This document shows, piece by piece, positions 22,311 through 35,890 of a stretch of 64,000 bases of DNA; positions within the stretch are counted from its first letter, which is position 1, and every line of letters begins with the position of its first letter. A model generated the notes under the pieces. It saw only the letters and a list, made by a program, of their open reading frames with translations, did not search any database and was not told where the DNA came from. A program made the translations under genes and the position numbers. This DNA comes from Octopus sinensis (taxonomy: Eukaryota): the NCBI RefSeq assembly GCF_006345805.1, contig NC_043021.1, forward strand, positions 3,038,001-3,102,000, in the 5' to 3' direction.

Positions 22311-23781
22311 TGATTGAAGGAGCCTGGCATTCACGTATTTTTCATATCATGCCAGGCTTCCTTCAATCTTCCTCATATTTCCACTCATTCTAGTTCACTA
22401 CACTACAGCATTATAACTCGATTTGTGTTGAAAATGATACAGTCATGAAGAAGACTTCTTTTGCTTTATTTTGATATAAAAATCGATTGGGGTAGGGGTG
22501 GGTCAGATAATCATTATGAAAAGATCATATTTGCTTCAAGATTTTTAACTACAAGAAAGCAAAATCTTTTGTGAATTGGGTATGGCCATTGATGAATCTG
22601 GCGACGTTATGGCGCAAAAGCGCTAAGTCAGTAAAAAAAGAGAATACCCCTGATGCTACTTATGAAAATGACATATTCCCATGTAGTGAAAGCTGAGATG
22701 GAACCTGAATCCAAGGTTTCAAATATCAAGTTTGAACCAGAATTTTAAAAAATGGATGAAATACCTGCTTTGTAAATTGTATATTTCTACAAAAAAAAAA
22801 AAAAAAATTCACTAAATTGAGCTACAGAAGTCTTCTAGAGCCCAAAATTAGTATTGGATCATTGTATTGAGTTCCTCTTGCTGTTTTAACAATGTGTGGA
22901 GAGCAAAGTCTGAAGAAATTTGTACTTTTATATTTCATAATGATTATCTAACATAAAAATTGATGGAGGTAAGTCAGATATCATGATGAAATGTAAAAGT
23001 ACAAATTTATTTGGACCAAGATTTAATCAAGAAAAAAAAAATTTAAATTTCTAATGCCCCCACCTCTCCAAATGCATCCATGTGTATGTGAGTAAGAAAA
23101 ACATTTACATAAATTATCTTTTACATGCCTTTTTAAATCACTGCAGATAAATCCCAGCAATTACCTTCTCGGACTCTCTAATATTTTACAATTATAAACA
23201 AACGGGGGAGGGGTGAAAAAATCATAAATTTTAAAAACTTTTTTCTTTTTAATTGTATACTTTTCTTTTAGTAAATGTTTTTTCTCTCTCACACACACAC
23301 ACTTTGTGCCAGGTGGAGGATCAAGGGTGGTTATGGGATGTACTAGGTATGCCGACTGAATTTCCCTTAAATCATACCTTTCATCTGAAAATATTTTTAA
23401 CACCCCCTCCATCAATTTCCAAGATATGACATCACAAGTATGGCTAATTATTCATTTTGACCTAATTAGGCAAGATTTCGATCAATTTAAATATTTTCAA
23501 AAATTCATAGTGATACCTATTAATAGTATACTTACACTAATACATGACCAATTGTAAGGCTATTGCATCTTATTACACTAATATCTCTGTTCTTATGATT
23601 GTTATTTTTAATACTATAGGAAGTGTTATACAAACAACAATCATCATCACCCTTTTTAATAAATTTATAATAGTTGGAAGCACCAATAATTTTATTTATG
23701 ATAGTAGCTGAATATGAAAGTTTCACTGTATACTTATTAAAAATTTGATGTTAGTGGAAAATTCTTTTTATATATAGCGTC

Positions 23782-24460
23782 TTGAATGGCACAGCAATGT
23801 TCAATAATAACTGTTATAATTTAATCATGCATAGTCTGATATAATATTTCAGAATACAAAAATTCCTTCTTCAGATATCCCTAGAAAAAAAAAAAAACTG
23901 CATGTATAATACATAACTTCAAAGTAGCACTACGGATGTGCCAGCACACGCGAGTTTGAGACATTGCCGCCCTCATGCGCTTCTCATGAGGAATTCCAGA
24001 AGGAGCTTCGTGAGACTACTGCAGAAACACTGCTGGGGAAAAATAAAAGAACATTGGTAAACAAATTATAGCAGTGACACAACCAATTCCTAGGGGTATC
24101 TGAGGAAGGAATTTTTGTATTCTGAAATATTATATCAGACTATTATCATCATCATCATCATCATTTAACATCTGTTTTCCGCGCTAGCACGGGTTGGACA
24201 GTTCGACCGGGGTCTGGGAAGCCAAGAGGCCACACCAGGCTCCAGTCTGATCTGGCAATGTTTCTACAGCTGGATGCCCTTCCTAACGCCAACCACTCCG
24301 CGAGTGTAGTGGGTGCTTTTTACGTGCCACCTGCACAGGTGCCAGGGGGGTCCGGAATCTGCCACGATCGGTTGGAGCTTTTAACGTGCTACCGGCACGG
24401 AAGCCAGCTATGGATAATTAAATTATAACAGTTATTATAATCCATTGTTGTGCCATTCGA
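23782..24460. repeat. ~105 bp inverted repeat around a 205 bp core; right arm split by a family C insertion
   Basis: 23831-23884 vs 24090-24143 match 52/54; outer part 23782-23830 matches 24412-24460; ctat duplicated around the insert. Confidence 0.9.
24144..24407 (-). mobile_element. RTE-tail element (family C)
   Basis: (cat)n tail, ggatgcccttcctaacgccaacc motif, two ~60 bp units. Confidence 0.88.
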
Positions 24461-24802
24461 AACATATTTTACAAACATTACACAATGCTTCAAGCGAACT
24501 ACAATACTCTCCTATATATATGTATATATAATGTATGGGTGTCAATTCATTACGGCTGTTTCAAGCGACTTCTTTAATTGATTAATGAATATACATCAAC
24601 AAAGGAACTCAAAATATTTACATGTTTTCTTTTGTCAATTCTGTGGCAGAATGAGTTTAGAACACAATGCATACCTTGCCAAGTCTGCTATAATTCAGAG
24701 AGTAGCAGAGGAAACAGTGGGGGTCAGGATAAAAAGAGTTGTGCTCAATTTAAGTACAACGGAATCTTTATATATATATAATTATTATGTATATGTACAT
24801 GT

Positions 24803-25047
24803 ATCATCATCATTTAGCATCTGCTTTCCATGCTGGCATGGGTTGAACGGTTCAACTGGGGTCTGGGAAGCCAGAAGGCTGCACCAGGCCCGGTCTGATC
24901 TGGCAATGTTTCTACGGCTGGATGCCCTTCCTAACGCCAACCACTCCGTGAGTGTAGTGGGTGCTTTTTACGTGCCACCGGCACAGGTGCCAGACGAGGC
25001 TAGCAAACGGCCACGATCGGATGGTGCTTTTTACGTGCCACCTGTAC
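24803..25047 (-). mobile_element. RTE-tail element (family C)
   Basis: Same motifs as 13070-13421. Confidence 0.88.
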
Positions 25048-25469
25048 GTAAAAATGTGTATATGTATATATGTGTAAATGTATGTGTAAGTACGAGTGAA
25101 GTACTAGGGTTGGTGGTATGAACTTCTTTCCTCTTCTCAAAACTGCTGGCTTCTTACCTAAACCAGAAACTATTATCATTATTTGTTTGAGCATCACACA
25201 AAATTTCTTCCTCCCTCTTCGTCTTCTGCGTTCAGATTCCACTGATATCAACTTTGCATTGAATCCATTCAGTGTTGACAGAATAAGTACCAGTCAAGCC
25301 CCAAAGTGAATGTAGTTTAACTGGCCCTCACCCACCACTAAAAACATTATTAGCCTTACGTCTATATTAGGAACATACATTTTCCCTGCCGTTTTTTCAG
25401 TGTTGTTTTATACTGGGTTTCATGTTCTGTCACATATATGTTCCAAGGAGATAAACCTTTCTGTTTTGA

Positions 25470-25873
25470 CTTACTCTTACTCTTTTACTTGTTTCAGTCA
25501 TTTGACTGCAGCCATGCTGGAGCGCCGCCTTTTAGTCAAGCAAATCGACCCCGGGACTTATTCTTTGTAAGCCCAGTACTTATTCTATTGGTCTCTTTTG
25601 CCGAACCGCTAAGTGACGGGGACATAAACACACCAGCATCGGTTGTCAAGCAATGCTAGGGGGACAAACACAGACACACAAACACACACAAGCATATATA
25701 TACATATATACGACGGGCTTCTTTCAGTTTCCGTCTACCAAATCCACTCACAAGACTTTGGTCGGCCCGAGGCTATAGTAGAAGACACTTGCCCAAGGTG
25801 CCACACAATGGGACTGAACCCAGAACCATGTGGTTGGTAAACAAGCTACTTACCACACAGCCACTCCTGCGCC
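25470..25873 (-). mobile_element. SINE family A, full length
   Basis: Complete head to tail. Confidence 0.92.
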
Positions 25874-26580
25874 TTGAAGCATAACTTAAAAATAGGGATA
25901 AAAATCCACCCACTTTTTTTTTGTTTTCTTTTTTCATTTTACTAGATTTGAAATTTTACTTAAGTAGGGGAAAAGAAAGCGAAATTTGAATATTTATTTT
26001 TAAATTCAAGTTCGAATTTCACTTACATTTTTCATTTAAATTTCGGTTTGAGAAAAAGAAAGACCAATTTTATCAATTTGAAATCAATATCAATTTAAAA
26101 TAGTGGGTGTGGGTGTGTAGTCTTTTTCTTTTTAATTTCCCCGCTCTCCCCATCCATCAATAATGGATGTGTGGATTTAATCAAAATTCCTATTTTTGAC
26201 TCGAAATTTTCTCGGGGTATCTCTGAATCCTTGGACAAGATGTTATTTTCTGCTAGCTTAAGTTTTCCTGCAACAAAGGCTTTCCTTTTGTTTGCTTGTT
26301 TATTTATTTTATCTTTTTTTTTTTTTTTTATTAATTTGAGACGCATCATCCAATTTTCAGATTCATCAAACCATACTGATATGGAATGAATTAATGAAAA
26401 ATACATAAGGGGGGGGGGGGGGAGAAGCAAAAAAAAAAAAGCACACAGAACAGAACACAACATTGTAATTATGTATCCCAGCTTTCTCTTTTCCTATCTT
26501 CTTCCTCTTTCTGTCATGTGTAGCTTGGGCAAGCTCCTAACATCAATAACAGTGACTGTGGAAAAGGTGACATCTAAAGA

Positions 26581-26623
<43 letters not shown>

Positions 26624-26720
26624 TAACACTTTGCTATTTTATGGTTGTGGGAGGCCTGGTTGGCAGTGGGGAAGCGGGGGGGTGGGTGGGGCAGGTGTTC
26701 TATGTGTGTCAACTGCATAC

Positions 26721-26902
26721 TGATGTTGAGTCTGGGTACAGTGAAAAATTGTAGCTGTAGGTAGTAAGGAAGTTGCAGTGGTAGCAGCTGCCACTGCTAG
26801 GCTGGGCTGCAATTCACTGGTAGTTTTCAACTCACTGCTCTCCTCTCGACACAACAATCCACTTCCCTCTCTCTCTCTCTCTCGCTCTCGCTCCACTAAC
26901 AT
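26721..26902 (-). CDS. Candidate first coding exon or uORF (MLVERERE...TQTQH), unidentified
   Basis: ATG in caccaccATG context at 26902; open frame with low-complexity E/S/T/A sequence; donor CA|gtatgc at 26721/26720 (phase 2); no homology recognised. Confidence 0.25.
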
Positions 26903-27027
26903 GGTGGTGACTTGGTGGTTATTGTTATGGTGCTACTGTTACTACTATTACTATTACAACGACTACTGCTACTGCGAATCTGACAAATTGTAGTTTGCTA
27001 TTACTACAACTAGTCCAAGACAGATTG

Positions 27028-27059
<32 letters not shown>

Positions 27060-27345
27060 CTGTTTCTATCTAATTCTTTCTCTCTTTTTTCCATCTATAT
27101 TACTGTGGTTAGCAAGTATCACTCATTCACTTTTAGTACCCTCTTCTCTCTCTCCCTCTCTCTCTCTCTCTCTTCTCTCCTCTCTCTCTCTCTCTCTTTC
27201 CCATCTCCCCCGCCCTCTCCTGCACACACTCATTCCTCGTGTCTTATTCTCTGTCAGACTTCCTGGCTATTTCTTTGTTTCTAGTGAACAACTCTGCCTT
27301 GGTTTTCTGCTTCCACTCCAACTTTAGTCAGTGACTCTTATTTAA

Positions 27346-27404
<59 letters not shown>

Positions 27405-28299
27405 CACACACACACACACATACTTATTATCTGTTCTACCTATCCATTTTCTCTCAAACTTTTTTTTGGGGCGGCAAACCCTTATATTTTCTTCAAGTAT
27501 TCTGCACATCATTCTCTCTTTCCTATTTTTTTTTATCTTGTGTATTTGGCTTTCTTTTTTTTTTTTTGAAGGGGAAAAAAAGAAAAGCTAATGTTAGAGA
27601 ATTTGACAAATAATAATAATATATAAATAAATAAAAAGGTCAAACATTCTGGAAAATATAACAACCTGATTACATTAATGAAGCTGGCTAATTCCCACTT
27701 GTGTACAGGAAGCTCCTGGTTGATGGAATGTTTTTTTTTTAATCAGACACACACACACACACACACCACAGCAAACTGGAATATTCAGTTCATTATTGGT
27801 GATGTTTATGTTACGGTAGTGTAGCAGTAAGGATTTTGATGGTGTTAACTCTTTAGCTGGTTTAAATTATTGCCGTTCTGATTCTGATTTTGACTCTGGC
27901 CATACTGTAATAATTGTTGTTATGGTTGCTGGTGGTGGTGTTGATCAAAGAAACATAATTTATAACTATAAACATAATTTATAATTTATAAACATAATTT
28001 ATAATTAAAGGGATTCCAGCCATAGGTCTCCCATCTCTTTCCCACCCACCTAACCTCAGATGTAAAGATGTTATTTTGTTAGAGATTTTATTGCTATTTC
28101 TAGCAAGTTAGTTGTCCTCCACTGCTTTGGTTTGTGATATTAGTATTTCTTTGGTGTAGTAATGGTGGAATAGGTAAGCATGTTGTTTACCATAAGTGAA
28201 ACAACTTCACTTTACTAAAGGTTTTGAAAGAAGTGGCCTGTTCGACTTGCTGAAAATATAAGGCTTTGTGGGGAAAAAAAAAGAAAAATTATTAGTCAT

Positions 28300-28688
28300 G
28301 CGCAGGAGTGGCTGTGTGGTAAGTAGCTTGCTTACCAGCCACATGGTTCCAGGTTCATTCCCACTGCGTGGCACCTTGGGTAAATGTCTTCTACTATAGC
28401 CTCGGGCCGTCCAAAGCCTTGTGAGTGGATTTGGTAGACGGAAACTGAAAGAAGCCCGTCGTATATATGTATATATATATATGTGTGTGCGTGTTTGTTC
28501 CCCCAACATCGCTTGATAACCGATGCTGTTGTGTCTACATCCCCGTAACTTAGCGGTTCAACAAAAGAGACCGATAGAATAAGTACTAGGCTTACAAAGA
28601 ATAAGTCGTGGGGTCGATTTGCTTGACTAAAAGGTGGTGCTCCAGCATGGCCACATCAAATGACTGAAACAAGTAAAAGAGTAAAGAG
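28300..28688 (+). mobile_element. SINE family A, full length
   Basis: gcgcaggagtggctgtgtggtaag...gactgaaacaagtaaaagagtaaagag. Confidence 0.92.
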
Positions 28689-28959
28689 TCATATTCTTAT
28701 TAGTAAGTCATATTATAGGTTCAGTTTAATTGACTGTAGACCTTTCTTGTAAAATGGGAAATTGGTTGAGCATTTGTCATGGGACTAAATGCCAAACAGT
28801 ATTTTGTTTTGCCCTACCATGAACTTTGCCCTTCATCCACACAGATCAATAAAGTAAGTTCTAGTAGTTATCTGTCTGCTAGAGACAGCCATTCATTTTT
28901 TGACCACCTCTCAAAATCTGTAACCTTATACAAATGTAAGAAATTATTACAAAAGGAGA

Positions 28960-29168
28960 AAGGGGATCTCTACCCCCTTTTGACCAGGCTTCCGTTGGCT
29001 TTTATGGGTTTTTTTCCACCAGGAACCTTTCATAATGCCTCCCCCTATTGGGAGTTTTTCATTGTTAAACTGCTTTTTTACTCGGATTTTTTTCACAAAC
29101 GGACAAAACCGTTTGTCCCTTTATGTTATAATTAATTTTTGTCAGCCCTTGTGGCCAATAAAAGAATT
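28960..29168 (+). mobile_element. L1/Tx1-like LINE 3' UTR fragment (second copy)
   Basis: aaaggagaaaggg...tgcctccccctattgggagtttt...agcccttgtggccaataaaagaatt is colinear with 4212-4436. Confidence 0.7.
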
Positions 29169-29186
29169 AATTATTATTATTATTAC

Positions 29187-31485
29187 AAGGTGGTGAGCTG
29201 GCAGAATTGTTACTTAGCACACTGGGCAACATGCTCTGCAGTATTTTGTCCATGTTCTATGTTCTGAGTTCAAATTCTGCTGAGGTTACCTTTGTCTTTC
29301 ATCCTTTTGTTGTCAATAAGTATCAGTTATGCATGGGGGTCTATGTAATCGACTAACCCCCTCCCCCAGTATTTCAGGCCTTGTGCCTATTGTAGAAAGG
29401 ATTATTATTATTATTATAAAGGCAGTGAGCTGGTTAAATCATTAATGCATCAGACAAAATGTTTAGGAGCATTTCCTCCAGCTCTGTATGTTCTGAGTTC
29501 AAATATTGGTGAGGTCAAGTTCACCTTTAATCCTTTCAGGGTTGATAAAGTAAGTACCAGTCAAATACTGGAGCCAGTATAATTTGACTTATCCCTTGCC
29601 TCAATAGTGCAAGCTCTGTGCCAAAATTAGAAATAATCATTGTTTTTGTTGTTGTTGTTGTTGTTAAAGGCAGTGCTTAGGAGAGTTGATGGTTAGCAAG
29701 GTGGGCAAAATGCTTAGTGGTATTTCACTTGTCTTGATGTTCTGAGTTCAAATTCTGCCGAAATCAACTTTATCTTTCATCTCTTCGGGGTCGTTAAAAT
29801 AAGTACCACTTGAGTACTAGGCTCAATCTAATCCCCCACCCCCGAAATTGCTGGCCTTGTGCCAAAATTTGAAATCATCATCATAATTATTATAGCCAAT
29901 TAAGGCAGTGAGTGAGCTGGCAGAATCGTTAGCATGCCAGGCAAAATGCTTAGTGTTATTTTGACTGTCTTTATGTTCTGAGTTCAAATTCCACTGTGGT
30001 CAACTTTGCCTTTCATCCATTCAAGATCAATAAGTACCAGTTAAGCACTGGAGTCAATGCAATTGATTTACCCCTCCCCCCAAAATATCAGGCCTTGTGC
30101 TTAAGTAGAAAGGAAAGCAAACCAAAATACCTTGTGGTATTTAGTTACATCCCTCCTTGTTCTGAGTTGAAACCTTTCTGCAATTGATTTTGGCTCTCAT
30201 CTTGGAATCAATGGTTATTCACTTGCTTCCTCTCCTCAAAACGGACTGGCCTTCTTCCTAAATCAGAAACAGATATAAAAATGGTACTGGATTGGCTGAA
30301 TCATTAAAGCATGAGAAAAAAATTTGTTCTGGCTCCTTGTTTTGAGTTCAAATCTACCATGGTTAATTTATCCTGTCCTCAAAACAAAGTACCAGTCAAG
30401 TACAAAATGCCTTGTACTATTTGGTTATATATAATTCTTTACATCCTGAGTTCAAATCCTGCCAAGGTCAATTTTGCCTTTCGTCCTTTCAAGACTAATA
30501 AAATAAAGTACCAATCAAGTAATACCCCCCCCCCTTTAAAATTACTGGCTGTCTGCCTAAATCCGTAATTATTACTAATGTCTGAGTTCAAATTCTTCAA
30601 GGTCGACTGTGCTCTTCATCCTTTTGGTGCTAATGAAGCAAGTACCATTTGAGCACTGGGGTGATGTAATTGAGTCGCCCTGTGTCTCCCTTCCCATACA
30701 AATTTCAGGCCTTGTGCCTATAGTTGAAAGGATTATTATAATTATTATTATTATTTGCCAACTCGTGGCCGATGCCAGCGCTGCCTCGACTGGCTTCCGT
30801 GCCGGTGGCACGTAAAATGCACCAATCCGACCGTGGCCGTTGCCAGCCTTGCCTGGCACCTGTGCAGGTGGCACGTAAAAAGCACCCACTACACTCACGG
30901 AGTGGTTGGCGTTAGGAAGGGCATCCAGCTGTAGAAACCTTGCCAGATAAGACTGGAGCCTGGTGCAGCCTTCTGGCTTCCCAGATCCCCGGTTGAACCG
31001 TCCAACCCATGCTAGCATGGAGAACGGACGTTAAACGATGATGATGATGTTGTTGTTGAGGTAGTGAGCTGGCAGAATCATTATCATGCTGGCCAAAATG
31101 CTCAGAAGCATTTCGTCTGTCGTTATGTACGGAGTTCAAAATTCCGCCAAGGTTGACTATGCCTTTCATACTTTTGGGGTTGATTAAATAAGTACCAGCA
31201 AAGCTCTGGGGGTCGATGTAACCAACTAGCCCCAGAATTTCAGACCTTGTGCCTATGGTAGTGAGGATTGTTAAAAGGCAAGTGATCTGGCAGAACCATT
31301 AAGCATGCCAGACAAAATGCATAGTGGCATTTCTTCCAGCTCTTTACATTCTGAGTTCAAATAATCATCAAGATTGAGTAAGTTTTTCTTCCTTTTGGAT
31401 TTGATAAAATAAGCACTGGGTTCTTTGTAATCAACCTCCTTTTCCTCATTGCTGGCATTGTGCCAAAATTAGAAGTATTATTATC
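29187..31485 (+). mobile_element. Head-to-tail array of ~9 degenerate family B SINEs with (ATT)n/(GTT)n linkers
   Basis: Repeated aaggcagtgagctggcagaa...ctgagttcaaat...aagtacca units starting near 29187, 29419, 29667, 29902, 30290, 30445, 30580, 31059, 31276. Confidence 0.85.
30763..31049 (+). mobile_element. RTE-tail element (family C) nested in the SINE B array
   Basis: Two ~60 bp units, RTE-type tail, (gat)n. Confidence 0.88.
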
Positions 31486-31779
31486 CATTTATAGTACTTC
31501 TAATTCAATTATGTATTTAAAAAAAATTTTTTTTTAGCTCCAAGTCCATCTGACTAGATTTTGCTTTTCTCCTATTTTATATCATTGAAAGATATGGATG
31601 TGAAATGACTCTCTGGATCTATGGGCAAAATTATCACTTAGACTAGGAGGGAGTTTAGATTGCTAGTTTATTATTATTATTATTATTTTAGTTGTTTCAG
31701 TACCTTTGAGCCACTAAATCCTTCAAAAAGTGAGGAATTCACACATTGTTGATTCCTTGCCACCTTTGAATATTAATAG

Positions 31780-31783
<4 letters not shown>

Positions 31784-31814
<31 letters not shown>

Positions 31815-31837
31815 ACGCAAAAATACACACAGATATA

Positions 31838-31905
<68 letters not shown>

Positions 31906-31926
31906 TATACAAATATAAATGCATGC

Positions 31927-31957
<31 letters not shown>

Positions 31958-32012
31958 AATATAAATGCATGCATATATATATATATATATACACACATAC
32001 AAACATAAATGC

Positions 32013-32047
<35 letters not shown>

Positions 32048-32183
32048 AATATAAATGCATATATATATGTATATATATATATACACACACACAAACATAA
32101 ATGCATGCACATATATATATACACACACAAACATAAATGCATGCATATATATATATGCATTCACACGCACACACACACACACG

Positions 32184-32210
<27 letters not shown>
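31784..32210. repeat. Compound TG/TA/CA microsatellite with an ~30 bp higher-order unit
   Basis: acatacaaa(t/c)ataaatgcatgcatatata recurs about six times. Confidence 0.9.
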
Positions 32211-32214
<4 letters not shown>

Positions 32215-32353
32215 ATGGGAATGTTGTATATTGAAAAGCCTTCCCTCACTGAGATGTGGTCACTTCCAGCACTCCAATGATTTGGAGGGATGAGGAGTTC
32301 GGTAGGAGGCGATCAGTGAAGCATTCCTTCTGTTTTGTAATATGCAATGATAT

Positions 32354-32393
<40 letters not shown>

Positions 32394-32715
32394 AAAGGAG
32401 TGTGTCGGTTATACACCAGTGTGTGTGTGTAAATTTTCAATTCATTTCTCTATCTCTTCTTGTATGAATGAATGGAAATTACTACAGCTTGCAAGTAGAA
32501 ACCACATATTCAAATGGTAGTAGTTGTTGTCTGTTCGTCACTACTATACCTATTCTGTACAGCATAGTCAGCTTTACTTCTTGCGATAAGCTGTTATCCA
32601 TTTATCTGTGTGTCTGTGTGTAAATGTGTGGCTATTTATCTCCTCTTATATTTTCCTCTTTCTCTCTCTCCCTCTTCTCCTCTCTGTTGTCCATCTGTCT
32701 ATATACTTTCTTTCT

Positions 32716-33110
32716 TTTTCTTTTTACTTGTTTCAGTCATTTGACTGCGGCCATGCTGGAGCACCGCCTTTCATCGAGCAACTCGACCCCGGGACTTATT
32801 CTTTTGTAAGCCCAGTACTTATTTTATCGGTCTTTTTTGCCGAACCGCTAAGTAACGGGGACATAAACACACCAGCATCGGTTGTCAAGCAATGCTAGAG
32901 GGACAAACACAGACACACAAACACACACACGCATATATACATATATACGACGGGCTTCTTTCAGTTTCCGTCTACCAAATCCACTCACAAGGCTTTGGTT
33001 GGCCCGAGGCTATAGCAGAAGACACTTGCCCAAGGTGCCACGCAGTGGGATTGAACCCGAAACCATGTGGCTGGTAAACAAGCTACTTACCACACAGCCA
33101 CTCCTGCGCC
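32716..33110 (-). mobile_element. SINE family A, full length
   Basis: Complete head to tail. Confidence 0.92.
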
Positions 33111-33854
33111 TATATGTCTATATATGTCTGACAATAGAGTTATGAATGTATATATGATGTAAAAATGCATCTTTTTCTTGCCAGCATCAACATCTTTTAT
33201 TCCCATCCAGTCTTTTGTGTCTTTTTTGTTGTTAGCCAAGCTTGTTCTTGTTCCAATCAATGTTGAATAATTTTTCATTCCTAGGTGTTGGTGCTGCAAT
33301 CAGTTTGTGAATGATTCTAGCATTTCTAGTGTAGAGTTGTTTGTGTTCACAAGCAAGTACCAAGTACGTCAGTACTTGCTAGTGAACACAAACAGTACTT
33401 GCTAGTGAACACTACTAACAGAATATTAACAGCTTTCCTTCCTCGTGTTATGGTTGTGATATACTTGCTTGCTTTACTAAGCTACATGCCAATTCATTTT
33501 TTTTTTCTGTGTGTGTTCTTTCAGTTGTTGTCATTTTTAATAATCTTTGTAAAAATATTCTGTGTGCACAAAGTTTTTTCATTTTTATTTTTCCTTCCTG
33601 TTCTCCCCTTATATTCAATGAACTGCTCCGTTCTTGGCTGACATATTGATTTTAGCTTGAGACCACTCTTAGGCAGACATCTGAACTGTGTGTGTATTGC
33701 TCTGTGTCCTCCTCAGCACTGATGACAAACTCACCAGTACATAATACATTTAGCTAGTACATGCATATGTGTGTGTGTGTGTGTGTGTCTTTGTGATAGT
33801 GCTAGTTCTGATGGCTACCCACAACCATCACAACTTGTAATATACAATTTCCAT

Positions 33855-33893
<39 letters not shown>

Positions 33894-34338
33894 ATGTCTG
33901 TGTGAGACAGGAGAGAAAGTATGGAAGATAGATAGCTAATGCAACTTGGGTTTCATATCTGATGTATTATTCCTTGATCCAGTTAGACCTTTGTAGATTA
34001 ATGTTATTAATCTGATAATCCTTTTTGCCTATCAATTACTGATGAAAATCTGAATGTGATTATGTTAAAGTATGAAAGATATTGTGTTACTATTTTACAC
34101 GGTGTTTTCTAACAATTCTTTTCTCCCCGGTGGTGGTCACAGTGACGACAGAGCCTATATTTAGAGCTGATTTGCTATTTATTTAAACATTAGCCAGGCC
34201 CTCAGTCTGACAAAAGAGCTAGTCTTTAAACAAAACAATCTCTCAATACCACCCTTCACTACCTGTTGTCGTGGATATCAAAACAAACTCTAATTAAGTA
34301 AAGATTTATCAGCAGATAGTGTGTAATGGAGTGGAAAC

Positions 34339-34472
34339 CTGCAACTTGCATTGTCTCCCACAGAGAATTTTGGAATTCCTTCTGTCATGGCTTCATTCGT
34401 CTGTCTTCAGTTTCTTTGTCACTGGTCTATTCCATTGAGGATGGCTGTTTTGACACGAGATGTTTTCTTTCT
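34339..34472 (-). CDS. Candidate exon containing a start codon (MTEGIPKFSVGDNASC), unidentified
   Basis: Acceptor tttctccccataagttctttgtgttccag|, gccATG at 34388, donor CAG|gtttcc (phase 2). Confidence 0.25.
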
Positions 34473-34543
34473 CTGGAACACAAAGAACTTATGGGGAGAA
34501 ATATCTTACTTACTCCAGTGAATGTGTGTGTGTGTGTGTGTGC

Positions 34544-34574
<31 letters not shown>

Positions 34575-35090
34575 GATATTAGATAAACTGAATATCTGCG
34601 ATAGCTCAAACATTAACAATTCTTTTCTCTCAGTATTTGCTATCTTAGTCTGCATAGGTTTTATTATTATTATTATTATTATTTTTTCTTCTTTTAGTTT
34701 CATAGTTACATACTTCTTGCATATTTCTATCCAAGTAACTGGTCATTCAGATAGATGATATAACACCACCTACCTCTTTTTTAAACTGAAAATATCATTT
34801 TCCACTTGATAAATACTATTTCAAGTTTTGGTGGTGGTTGTTGTTGTTGTTTTATAACTTTTTTTTTTTTTTTAGTCTTTTACATTCATCTTTAAATAAA
34901 TCTCTCTCAGATTCCTCATCTTCTTCTGTTTGTGTAAGGGCGCTATTGTTGAATAGCATTGATCATTTCTGATTGATTTCAGATTTCACAAACTTACCTT
35001 ATCGGAATGTATCAAACATAGACTTAAGGTTGACCCACATATCCATTACTCCTGTATGTGCACACACACACACACACACACATACACACA

Positions 35091-35170
<80 letters not shown>

Positions 35171-35890
35171 GTAATGTTTAACTCAAACACTAGTACCCGT
35201 ATTTAGTCATCATTCTTGCCGTGTTCCACACTGTTTCTATTGTGGATCATGCCATATTAAACTACTTCAATGTAAACTAAAAAGAACCTTATCTCTATCG
35301 CCATTTCTCATGAGTATATGTAAATATATGATGGGCTTTGTCACCTGCTTTGTTGTTTTTATTTTCCTACTAACACAGCACGTATGGGGTGGGGGTCATT
35401 GCTGTTTTTGTTTGTTTGTTTTTTTTTATCTTGTTCTAGTTATTGGATGGACTGCAGCCTTGCTGTAGCACCACTTGAAATGTTTTAGTTGAACTTCTTT
35501 TTTAAGCCTGCTACTTACTTATTCTATCAGTCTTTTTGTTTACATCCTTGTAGCTACAAGGATGTAAACAAACTTTCACTGGCTGTTAAGCAGTTGTGGG
35601 AAACAAAACACACACACACACACACACACACTACAATTTTCCTCATGGTTTCCACCTACCAAATTCCCTCACAAGACATTGGTTGGCTATAGTAGAACTT
35701 GAATTCATGTGGGACTGAACTTGAATTAGATGTGGTTGCAAAGCAAGCCTTTTAACCATACAGCCATCCCTGCACTTGTGAAGCTGATTATGAAACACCA
35801 TTCTTTCTCCAGACTCCTTCATGCTGCAAGAAAGAATGACATAAGTCTGTCTTCAGAATTTTTTTCTTTTTCTTCAGTGAATTTCTCCAC

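Noticed and set aside
22330-23420. Possible decayed DNA transposon (AIDESGDV-like peptide near 22586)
   Set aside because: Many stops, no TIR pair identified; too degenerate to support without a search
33355-33415. Short tandem duplication cagtacttgctagtgaacac with a small inverted gcaagtac
   Set aside because: Consistent with ordinary replication slippage
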